A stretch of 17,080 bases of DNA from Gemmatimonadota bacterium (GTDB lineage: Bacteria; Gemmatimonadota; Gemmatimonadetes; Gemmatimonadales; GWC2-71-9). The DNA lies in contig JBDHAB010000051.1 in the NCBI GenBank assembly GCA_039588295.1, positions 1 to 17,080 of the forward strand. The letters run 5' to 3'. Shown here one piece after another: positions 1 to 7,852 of the stretch. Each line of letters starts with the position of its first letter. The first letter of the stretch is position 1. Both the position numbers and the translations under genes were made by a program. The notes below the pieces were generated by a model. The model saw nothing but the letters and a program-made list of their open reading frames with translations, searched no databases and was not told the origin of the DNA.

Positions 1-985
1 GTGCCGAGCCCGTCTGCCCCTCACTCGTTGCCGTGACCGTGGCCGTCCCGGCCCCCTGCGCCGTCACCAGCCCGGACCCGTTCACCGTGGCCACACCACC
101 ATTACTGGTCGACCACGTCACCACCCGCCCACTCAACGCGTTGCCGGCCGCATCCCGCGGCGTCGCCGTCAACTGTTGGCCTGCCCCCACTACCAACGCC
201 ACCGTCGCCGGCGTCACGTCCACACTCGCCACCGAGACCTGGGTGGGAGTCACTGTGACCGTCGACGTCCCACTTTCGCCTTCGGACGCCGCCGTGATCG
301 TAACGGATCCCTCGGCCGCGCCCGAGACCAGCCCGGTCCCGTTGACTGACGCCACACTGGGGGCAGAGCTCGACCATTCCACGGTCCGCCCGGTCAGCTC
401 GTTACCGGACGAGTCCCTCATCGTGGCGGTCAGTCGCACGGTGCTACCGACATCGATCCCCGCACTGCCCGGCACGATCTCGACGGATGCGACTGGCGCT
501 TCCGTCACCGTCACCGTCGTACTGTCACTCAACGAGTCCGCGGTCGCCTTGACTTTGTGACGCCCGGAACGACGGGGTTTGTATAGCCCATGCCCCTTGC
601 CCTTCCCCCTCACCTCCCCACCCTCGGCGCTCCAGACGGCCTCGACCAAGGTCGTGTCACCTTGGGCGGTAAGCCCAACCACGTAGAAGTCAATGGAGTC
701 ACCCATCTGAACGGTGGGATCCTGGGGCCACAGACGCAGCTGCACGATATCACTGTTGTCCGGGGGATTCGTCAGACTACTGTCGTCCGCGCATCCCAGG
801 ACGCCAAGCAGCACCGCCACCACCGGTAGGCTGCGATACCAGGTGCCCCAGGTGTGGGCACGTCGGATTGTCGCAGGAGTATCGTGCTGTCGTGAGGTCT
901 CACCGCCCGCGGCTCGCACGCTTCGGGCCGTGCCGCTGCAGTGGTTGAGGGCCAACCGCTTGGAGAGTTTGTGCTTGTAGGACAT
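1..985 (-). CDS. Ig-like (Big_2) repeat surface lipoprotein, 3'-truncated by the window edge (not in supplied ORF track)
   Basis: Manual translation: ATG at 985-983 with GGAGG 4 nt upstream, open to the edge. MSYKHKLSKRLAL...LPVVAVLLGVLGC (lipobox Cys65, 793-791), then one divergent Ig domain and Big_2 repeats: VASVEIVPGSAGIDVGSTVRLTATMRDSSGNELTGRTVEWSSSAPSVASVNGTGLVSG...TITAASEGESG and VASVDVTP...LTATPRDAAGNALSGRVVTWSTSNGGVATVNGSGLVTAQGAGTATVTATSEGQTGSA. Confidence 0.92.
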   Translation of the reverse strand, partial: MSYKHKLSKRLALNHCSGTARSVRAAGGETSRQHDTPATIRRAHTWGTWYRSLPVVAVLLGVLGCADDSSLTNPPDNSDIVQLRLWPQDPTVQMGDSIDFYVVGLTAQGDTTLVEAVWSAEGGEVRGKGKGHGLYKPRRSGRHKVKATADSLSDSTTVTVTEAPVASVEIVPGSAGIDVGSTVRLTATMRDSSGNELTGRTVEWSSSAPSVASVNGTGLVSGAAEGSVTITAASEGESGTSTVTVTPTQVSVASVDVTPATVALVVGAGQQLTATPRDAAGNALSGRVVTWSTSNGGVATVNGSGLVTAQGAGTATVTATSEGQTGSA

Positions 986-1027
986 GGAACCTCCACGGAA
1001 GCGCCGGACCACCGGCGAATTGCATTT

Positions 1028-1119
1028 CGCTGGCGGCCCGGCGAGCGTGGCAGGTCCCTCCCTGCAGTAGCCCCGTGGCTCTGCGTCACCGCCTTTCGGC
1101 GGCTTTGCTCTGAGCAGCG
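1028..1119 (-). ncRNA. Cyclic dinucleotide riboswitch, c-di-GMP-I/GEMM-I fold, A20 variant
   Basis: Minus strand reads CGCUG CUCAG A GC AAA GCCGCC GAAA GGCGGU GAC GC AGA GCCACGGGGC UACU GCAGG GAGGGA CCUGC CAC GCU CG CCGGGC CG C CAGCG. P1 (CGCUG/CAGCG), P2 with GAAA tetraloop and AAA/GAC internal loop, and P3 all pair. A47, C92 and the C44-G83 equivalents are present. It ends 42 nt upstream of the Ig-like gene ATG. Confidence 0.9.
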
Positions 1120-1529
1120 CCCGACCCGGATAGCCGGATCGGAGTCATGTTCCCTTGCGAGCGCGGTCCTGATTGCTGGTGTGCAGGATCACCGCCCGTT
1201 GTCGTGACTGTACGCCGCGGGACTACCCCCCGCAGTGCCGTTTGTCACAATGACCACGCGCGGTGACTACTCCGCGTTCGAAGTCGTTACATCGGCTTCA
1301 GATGCGAGAGGAGAGCCAGCTCATGAGTCACTCTCGCCGAGTGCATTACCGCTCGATACACCTCCCGATTGGACGCAAAGCTTGGTGACGCAGGTTACAT
1401 CGGTGCCGCCTCAACGACAACCGTGACATTCAACGTACCCGGCTCGCTGGCCACTCACAAAGGGTGGCAGGTATCGGCCTGCGGTATCCCCGTGGCTCTC
1501 CACGTCACCGCAAACCTCGCTCGCGACAC

Positions 1530-2894
1530 TCATGGCAAGTAGCTCATGTAGAACGAATCAACGTACATGTAGCAGGTCCGGTCGAGGCCCGTACCCGCGC
1601 CCGTCCCACCATACACCCATGACCAGGCGAACGTGTCCATTCCCGTTACGCCGGGATCGACGGCGTCCACTTCGAGCGTGCCGTCGATCCACAGCTGCAA
1701 TCGCCCAGTCGAGAAGTTCACAAGAGCCTCAAGATGATACCAAACACCGCCGTTGATGATCTGGCCCGCCGATGCGTTATATGCGTCGGTCGGTTGTGTG
1801 TAGAACCCAATTTGATACGGTGGAAACGAGCTGAGGGCATCACCGCTCCCAAACCGAGTGGAGATGATGGTCGTTCCAACAGGATTGTTGAACAGATTGA
1901 GGTGCTTGAGCTCGTTATCGCCCGTCACGTTCCGGAAATTCGCAGAGTACTTGAAATAGTAGGACAGATACACTGCCTCCGCAGAGCCAGGTGGCACGAG
2001 CTTGTTCGAGGACAACAGCTGATCCACCGACGATCCCATAAGGGGCGGGTCGATATTGGAAGGGTTGAACTCCGTCCGACCAACCGTCGAAGGATTGATG
2101 GGTGCGGTGGCATCCGCAACCGTGGTGCCCCACGTCATGCCGGCGCTTGCGTCCCACCCTATCTCGCTGAACGGCTGCGCGTCCGTCTCGGGCAACGTCT
2201 CGACGAAACTGCCGAAGTCCATGACATACGGCGACGCACCCAGTGGGACGGCCCCAGCGGGCTCGTTGGGATTCTGCACTTGCGGCGGCGTCACCGTCAC
2301 GCTCGCCGAGCCACTCTGCCCCTCGCTCGTCGCCGTGATCGTCGCCGTCCCAAGGGCCAGGCCGCCAACCAGTCCAGTCGCATCCACAGGCGCCACGTCG
2401 GTGTCGGAACTCGACCAACTCACAGCGCGCCCAGTCAGTATGTTCCCCGCCGCATCTTTCAGCGTCGCGGTCAACTGCACCGCGCGACCCACCGACACCG
2501 ACGCCGGGTTCGGCGTTACCTCCACCGTGGCCACTGGCTCCTGCGTCAGGGTCACCGCCACGTCCGACGTCCCACTCTGACCCTCACTCGTTGCCGTGAT
2601 CGTCGCCGCGCCAACCGCCACACCGGTGACCAGGCCATCGTCATCAACCGTCGCCACGTCGGTATTGGAGCTCGACCACTCCACCGTCCTGTCGGTCAAC
2701 GGGATACCATTCGCGTCTCTCGTGACAGCAGTGAGCTGTACGGTACCGCCCACGGTCACCGTAGCCGGCGCCGGCGTCACTTCAACGGACGTCACCGGAT
2801 GCGTATCGGTGACGTCGCCGCAGGCGAGCATCGCCAGGAATCCCAGAACGAGGGTTGCGTCCGAGGCCCAAAATGCTTGGTGTCGTACACGCAT
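1530..2894 (-). CDS. Lipoprotein with two Big_2 Ig-like domains and a C-terminal ConA/jelly-roll (polysaccharide lyase-like or lectin) domain
   Basis: Start placed at ATG 2894 (MRVRHQ...LVLGFLAMLAC lipobox). Two repeats SVEVTP..VGxxVQLTA..D..G..LT.R.V.WSSS.TDVA.VD..GLV..TATITATSEGQSG. C-terminal YLSYYFKYSANF...KHL...WYHLEALVN...GRLQLWIDG is typical of beta-jelly-roll carbohydrate-active domains. Confidence 0.88.
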   Translation of the reverse strand: MRVRHQAFWASDATLVLGFLAMLACGDVTDTHPVTSVEVTPAPATVTVGGTVQLTAVTRDANGIPLTDRTVEWSSSNTDVATVDDDGLVTGVAVGAATITATSEGQSGTSDVAVTLTQEPVATVEVTPNPASVSVGRAVQLTATLKDAAGNILTGRAVSWSSSDTDVAPVDATGLVGGLALGTATITATSEGQSGSASVTVTPPQVQNPNEPAGAVPLGASPYVMDFGSFVETLPETDAQPFSEIGWDASAGMTWGTTVADATAPINPSTVGRTEFNPSNIDPPLMGSSVDQLLSSNKLVPPGSAEAVYLSYYFKYSANFRNVTGDNELKHLNLFNNPVGTTIISTRFGSGDALSSFPPYQIGFYTQPTDAYNASAGQIINGGVWYHLEALVNFSTGRLQLWIDGTLEVDAVDPGVTGMDTFAWSWVYGGTGAGTGLDRTCYMYVDSFYMSYLP

Positions 2895-2986
2895 AGACCC
2901 AACCTTGTGAAGTCTACCGTCAGTTACTGCTGCACACCGCAACCCACCACCCCAACGTTAAGAAATTGCCCCACCTACCCCGATTG

Positions 2987-3001
2987 TCAATTCGCGTGCC
3001 A
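2987..3001 (-). promoter_or_regulatory. Candidate sigma54 -24/-12 promoter (non-canonical -12)
   Basis: TGGCACG-CGAA-TTGA versus consensus TGGCACG-N4-TTGC, about 90 nt upstream of the lipoprotein start. Confidence 0.45.
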
Positions 3002-3091
3002 GCCCGTAATCATCTGCCGCCGCCTGCAACGAACAGGGCGTTGGCCCGTTTCTTGTTGCAGGATTATTAGATTGCACCGGCAGCCCTACTC

Positions 3092-4018
3092 GTGCTAACC
3101 CGAGCCGCCTACACGACCGCACGTCTGTTCCGTCTCCCTGCACTGCTCCGTCGGGTTGCCCGGGGAGCCGTCGTGTTGTGTTACCACAACATCGTCCCCG
3201 ATGAATCCGTTCCCGCTTTCTCACCCGGATCGACAGTCAGCTGGGATCCGGCAATCCACATGAGTCTGGCGCAGTTCGAACGCCAGCTTGGCTGGCTGCG
3301 GAAGACCTTCGATCTCGTGAGCCTCGAGGAGTTGATCACCCGCCTCCGTGCCGGCCGCTCAGTCCGACGCCTCGCGTGCCTAACCTTCGACGACGGGTAC
3401 GTGGGGTTCTTCCGCTGGGCTCTCCCCGTGCTCCGATCGCTGCGGGCCCCAGCTACGGTCTTCCTGGTGGCCGAGGCCCACGAAACACGAGAACCTTTTT
3501 GGTGGGACCATCCCGACATCGTGCGACGCGCGACGCCCGAGCGACGCGATCACTGGCTGACGGACGGGCAAGGAGACCCAGACGTGATCTTCGCGATGGA
3601 GGAGGTAGCGGCGGTCCCCGCCGAGTTGCCCGAGGATCTTCTCCCGGCTTCGCTGGACATGATTCGCCGCCACCTCGGCCCTGACTTGACCGTCGGGGCG
3701 CATACCTGCCGCCACCGCTGCCTGACGACGCTGTCAGATTCCGAGCTGCACTCGGAACTGCAACGCGGCGCTACTCAACTGGCGCATCGCCTCGGCAGTC
3801 GACCACGGTATCTCGCGTACCCGTACGGTGTCTGGGATTCGCGGGTCCGCGATGCCGCACGCGACGCAGCGTACGAGGCCGGCCTGACTCTGGACGCTGG
3901 TCACGTGTCCCAGCGCAGGTCGGACTTCTGGGCATTACCGCGCGTGAACATTCCGGGGGGAATACCAGATGCAGCATTCGAAGGGTGGGTCTCCGGACTC
4001 CTCCCGCCACGCCGCTAG
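3092..4018 (+). CDS. Polysaccharide deacetylase (CE4/NodB homology)
   Basis: LCYHNI, LTFDDGY, GAHTCRH, LAYPYG and LPRV motifs; GTG start. Confidence 0.93.
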   Translation: MLTRAAYTTARLFRLPALLRRVARGAVVLCYHNIVPDESVPAFSPGSTVSWDPAIHMSLAQFERQLGWLRKTFDLVSLEELITRLRAGRSVRRLACLTFDDGYVGFFRWALPVLRSLRAPATVFLVAEAHETREPFWWDHPDIVRRATPERRDHWLTDGQGDPDVIFAMEEVAAVPAELPEDLLPASLDMIRRHLGPDLTVGAHTCRHRCLTTLSDSELHSELQRGATQLAHRLGSRPRYLAYPYGVWDSRVRDAARDAAYEAGLTLDAGHVSQRRSDFWALPRVNIPGGIPDAAFEGWVSGLLPPRR

Positions 4019-4027
4019 CTCACAGTC

Positions 4028-5179
4028 GTGCAGCCTACACTCCCGCCAGGGGCAACGGTAGCCCACCTCATCGAGACCGACGGGCCGGGGGGAGCCGAGC
4101 GCGTGGTCGCGTACCTTGTCTCGCGGCTTGCGGAGCGAGGGTTCCACAACGTCGCGTTATTGCCAGCCAAGGGCGAAGGTTGGCTGGCGGGGCAACTTCC
4201 AAAGGAGCGCGTCGACGTCGTCCCGATCCCGCTGCTGGGCGTGCCGATCCGTCGATCCCTTGCAACTGTCACCGATGCAATCCGGAAGTGCCGGCCTGCC
4301 GTCGTCCACAGCCATGAATTCACCATGTCCGTGCTCGGAGCGGCCGCGTGCTGGCGTCTCAATGTACCTCACATCTTCACGATGCACGGCGGCCGGTATT
4401 ATGCCTCCCGTGTTCACAGGCGAGTCGCAACCGGACTCGCAGCGCGCGCGGCCAGCCAAGTCGTAGCGGTTTCGCACGCGCTGGCGGGACACTTGACGGC
4501 TGACCTATGGCTTACCCGCTCAGCGGTTCGCATCATCCCTAACGGCATCCCGCCCATTCCCAATGTTGTGCCTACACTCCGATCCGAACTAGGCCTGCCG
4601 CGGACGGCGAGGCTCGTCGTCACAGTCGGCAACCTCTACCCGGTGAAGGGCCATGTTCACCTGCTCCGCGCCCTCGCGACTCTCACGGACGCCGCCCTCC
4701 GGGATGTTCATGTCGTAATCGCTGGCCGTGGGGCTGAGGAACAATCGCTCCGCGACCTTGCTCACATGCTCGGGATCGGAGATCGGCTTCATCTGCTAGG
4801 GCTACGAAAGGACATACCGAACATCCTGCGTTCGGCGGATGTCTTCGTGCTTCCGTCGCTCTCGGAGGCGCTTCCGCTTGCCCTGCTCGAAGCCATGCGC
4901 GCGGGGCGCCCGATCGTGGCAAGTTCTGTCGGTGAAATCCCGCGCGTGCTAGAGGGCGGCCGGGCCGGTCTCTTGGTGCCGCCTGGGGACCACGAGCCCC
5001 TCGCTCAAGCGCTGGCGCAGCTACTCACTGACCCAGGTGGGGCAGCAGCACTCGCTGCGCGCGCCAGCATCGTGGCCCAGGAGCAATATGACCTCGAAGG
5101 GATGCTGGATCGCTACATCGAGCTGTACGCCGCGGCATTGGGCGACGCTCGTACACCCCCACGCCTACCTCCGTTGTGA
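4028..5179 (+). CDS. Glycosyltransferase family 4 (GT-B)
   Basis: GGAER, VVHSH, HGG, IPNGI, VGNLYPVKG, ADVFVLPSLSEALPLALLEAM (EX7E), VGEIP. Confidence 0.95.
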   Translation: MQPTLPPGATVAHLIETDGPGGAERVVAYLVSRLAERGFHNVALLPAKGEGWLAGQLPKERVDVVPIPLLGVPIRRSLATVTDAIRKCRPAVVHSHEFTMSVLGAAACWRLNVPHIFTMHGGRYYASRVHRRVATGLAARAASQVVAVSHALAGHLTADLWLTRSAVRIIPNGIPPIPNVVPTLRSELGLPRTARLVVTVGNLYPVKGHVHLLRALATLTDAALRDVHVVIAGRGAEEQSLRDLAHMLGIGDRLHLLGLRKDIPNILRSADVFVLPSLSEALPLALLEAMRAGRPIVASSVGEIPRVLEGGRAGLLVPPGDHEPLAQALAQLLTDPGGAAALAARASIVAQEQYDLEGMLDRYIELYAAALGDARTPPRLPPL

Positions 5180-6573
5180 CGAGCGCTCAAGCGCTGAGTG
5201 CCATTTCCGGTTAGAACGAGGATGCCCACCGCCAACGCCGCGAGGAAGTAGACCGGATCCAGGTAGGCGAAGGAGACGAACGATCCCGAGACGGCGAACC
5301 CAAACGCCGCAAGTGGCACGTACCGCGCAGCGTGGTAGACCACGCGCTCGTCAAAACTGCCCCGTGACCAGAGACGCGACAGCCGCCGCCCGCGCCGGCC
5401 GATGGACCAAATCACTCCGACTACCAGCGTACTCCAGAGCGCCAGACCGACCACGCCCATCTCAACGCCTGCCTGCAAAAACGAATTGTGGGGCGAGGTC
5501 CAGGCTACCCCGGCGTCACCCGGCCGCCACTCCCGGGCGATGCTCGACATCGTTCCTTCAACCCTCCCGAAGTTGCTGGCACCGACGCCGAATATCGGAT
5601 ACGAAGCCATGTATCCGAGCCCCCGCTCAAACACCGCCTTTCGGCCATACTCGGAAGTCCAGTTGTAGTCCGTCTGGGGCGAGAGTATCGATTGCATCTG
5701 CTTCCAATACCCCTGCGGACTCGCCAGACCCAGCATCACTGCAGTCACAGCGATGAATCCCATCCGCTTCGCGAGCGGCACCGAATCCACGAGGACGACG
5801 ATCGCCAGACCAAGGGCAACGAGTCCGACAAAAGCTCCTCGCGAGCCCGTTTTTGCCAGCGTCATGCCAATCCCAAGAATGATGGCGAGGCTCACGATCT
5901 TTCCCAGGGCGCGGGACATCTGAAACGTGTAAAGGGCAAGTGCCAGTCCTATGAGCAGAACGACCCCGATATCATTCGCGTCGTAGGTGGTATTGAATCC
6001 ACCCAGGCGCTGAAAGGTACTGTCCCAGGCCGTCTCGAATTGGCCAGTTAGCAGGGTGTCTCCGACCAGTATTCCCACCGCGATGACATACGCCCAGATG
6101 TACATGTGGACATCATGGCTGGACCGAATCGTGGCCATGATGAGAAAGGCGACGAGGAGCACCTTGCTATACTCTTGCAGAATGAACAAGCCGGTACTGC
6201 CGAGAGATACTCCGAACACAGCCGAAAGACACGCGGCCACTCCAAGGGCCATGACGAGGCGTGCAGGCCAGGTCTGGACCCACGGAAGTCGACTGAGAAG
6301 GCGCGGATTCACGAGCGCATAAGCAAGGGAGGCACCCGAAAGCAAGAGCAGGGGCCGAAGTGGGATCAGAAACGGAAACTTGCCGTTGATCCGGCTGATC
6401 GTCATCACGACCAGGAGGAACAAGGACCACCGCAGCGGGTCAGCGGGTAGGAATCCTCGAGTGCCCGCGGGTGCGCCGGCGGGGGCACGCCGGATGCCGG
6501 GATCCTCAGCTCCCACGATCGGTGCGGCCCCGGCCACGCGGCTCATGACCCGCGGCCCTGGGCGGGCCCTCAT
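5113..6573 (-). CDS. O-antigen ligase / Wzy-like polymerase family membrane protein
   Basis: Many hydrophobic segments; DANDIG, TGSRGAFVG, YGRKAVF, PIFGVGASNF, SPHNSFLQAGVEMGVVGL. Start placed at ATG 6573, which overlaps the DegT stop (ATGA); alternative ATG at 6546. Confidence 0.9.
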   Translation of the reverse strand: MRARPGPRVMSRVAGAAPIVGAEDPGIRRAPAGAPAGTRGFLPADPLRWSLFLLVVMTISRINGKFPFLIPLRPLLLLSGASLAYALVNPRLLSRLPWVQTWPARLVMALGVAACLSAVFGVSLGSTGLFILQEYSKVLLVAFLIMATIRSSHDVHMYIWAYVIAVGILVGDTLLTGQFETAWDSTFQRLGGFNTTYDANDIGVVLLIGLALALYTFQMSRALGKIVSLAIILGIGMTLAKTGSRGAFVGLVALGLAIVVLVDSVPLAKRMGFIAVTAVMLGLASPQGYWKQMQSILSPQTDYNWTSEYGRKAVFERGLGYMASYPIFGVGASNFGRVEGTMSSIAREWRPGDAGVAWTSPHNSFLQAGVEMGVVGLALWSTLVVGVIWSIGRRGRRLSRLWSRGSFDERVVYHAARYVPLAAFGFAVSGSFVSFAYLDPVYFLAALAVGILVLTGNGTQRLSARHNGGRRGGVRASPNAAAYSSM

Positions 6574-7844
6574 GTCTGCCTGCCCGTCGCGTGGATCCAT
6601 TCTACGAGTCGCCGTGCATCCATTTCGGCAACCATCTTGTGCGTAGGCATCGTGAAGAGTGTCTGAGCGAGCTCGCAGGCACCAGGGAAGCCGTCCCCGA
6701 GGTTGCGACAGTGCGGTCGCATTTGTGGGAGATCACTTAGCGCCAGCGGATATGCCCTCGCGATCCCTAGTCTCACCGCACCCGAGCCTTGTGCTGCCAG
6801 CGAGGTTCTCCGAGAGCATCGGAACGGGAGCCGCAGAAATGAGGGCGACGCCTGACCCGGCACCCCTATCGGCTGCAGGTCTGACGCTTCGTTCAAGTGG
6901 CTGACAAGTGTCTGCGCCGTGGAACGTCGCCACTCCGTCTCCTCCTCGTTCAGCGACATGGTCACGGCGAGAATACGCGGCACGAAAGAAGATGCCCGCG
7001 CCGGCGGGTTCGGTGCTCTGAAGACTGTCTCGCCCAAGTGCAGGAATGGCATACTATACGGTAGCCAATACAGCCGCGGACGGCCAAGGAGCCACTGGGC
7101 ACACAACGCCGCGAGGTCCGCCCACTGTGAGACACCAGAGCGCCGCGGCAGGGATTCCCACCCAACGGGTCTCGCAGGACTGCGTTGCAGCAGTGCCCCG
7201 CCCCGCCCTGCCGTCACCCCTTTTCCTCGGCCAAAGCTCAAGACCGTTACGTCGCCGAGGCTTCCCGCCGGCTCACCTGACCAGGAGGCACCGATCGCCT
7301 GGGCCGCATCCTCGATGACGGTCACGTCAGCTGGATCCACGAGCTCACGCACCGAGGCAACATCCACCGGATAGCCGAACAGGTGGACCAGAACGACGGC
7401 CTGGGGACGCCGGCGCAGGGTCGCCCTGAGCGAGCCTTCATCAGGAGCGAGCGTCGACGGATCGAGGTCGTAGAGCACCACATCTACACCAGCTCCGAGG
7501 GCCGCAGTAGCAAGATCGTAGCACGTGTAGGCGGGCATCGCGACCAAAGGCCGTGTTCCTTTGACCTGAGCCTTCACTGCGGACAGGGCCAAGGTCAGTG
7601 CGGACGTTCCGGAATCGGTAAGCACCGCAGTGTGGCAGCTGAAACGCCGCTTGATCTCATCCGCACCGACCTCCGCAGTCGCTCGATCGTGTTGCGCACC
7701 CGCCTCAAACGCTGCCCTTATGGCCCGCCACGTAATGGGAGAGTAGGCCGGTAGTTGCTGTCTCAAGACCAGGATGAGGCTCCACGTGTGCGAAGTTGGA
7801 ACGCGAGACCGGCTCCGTCCCCACAGCGTCGCGTCACGGACCAA
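6570..7844 (-). CDS. DegT/DnrJ/EryC1/StrS family PLP-dependent sugar aminotransferase
   Basis: TDSGTSAL, PAYTC, VHLFG, IEDAAQAIG, SFGRGKG (PLP lysine). The true start may be the TTG at 7766 (LRQQLPAYSP). Confidence 0.9.
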   Translation of the reverse strand: MVRDATLWGRSRSRVPTSHTWSLILVLRQQLPAYSPITWRAIRAAFEAGAQHDRATAEVGADEIKRRFSCHTAVLTDSGTSALTLALSAVKAQVKGTRPLVAMPAYTCYDLATAALGAGVDVVLYDLDPSTLAPDEGSLRATLRRRPQAVVLVHLFGYPVDVASVRELVDPADVTVIEDAAQAIGASWSGEPAGSLGDVTVLSFGRGKGVTAGRGGALLQRSPARPVGWESLPRRSGVSQWADLAALCAQWLLGRPRLYWLPYSMPFLHLGETVFRAPNPPARASSFVPRILAVTMSLNEEETEWRRSTAQTLVSHLNEASDLQPIGVPGQASPSFLRLPFRCSRRTSLAAQGSGAVRLGIARAYPLALSDLPQMRPHCRNLGDGFPGACELAQTLFTMPTHKMVAEMDARRLVEWIHATGRQT

Positions 7845-7852
7845 TAGTGGGT

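Noticed and set aside
33..560. Plus-strand 175-aa ORF, and similar ORFs at 1734-3098, 2056-2580 and 2596-2910
   Set aside because: Antisense shadows of the minus-strand Big_2 repeat genes.
1371..1381. GGACGCAAAGC on the plus strand, resembling the GEMM core
   Set aside because: No GC-AAA...GAAA P2 arm, no P3 and no downstream plus-strand gene.
1450..1468. Hairpin GCCACTC-ACAAA-GGGTGGC as terminator for the lipoprotein gene
   Set aside because: Mismatch in the minus-strand stem and no U-tract.
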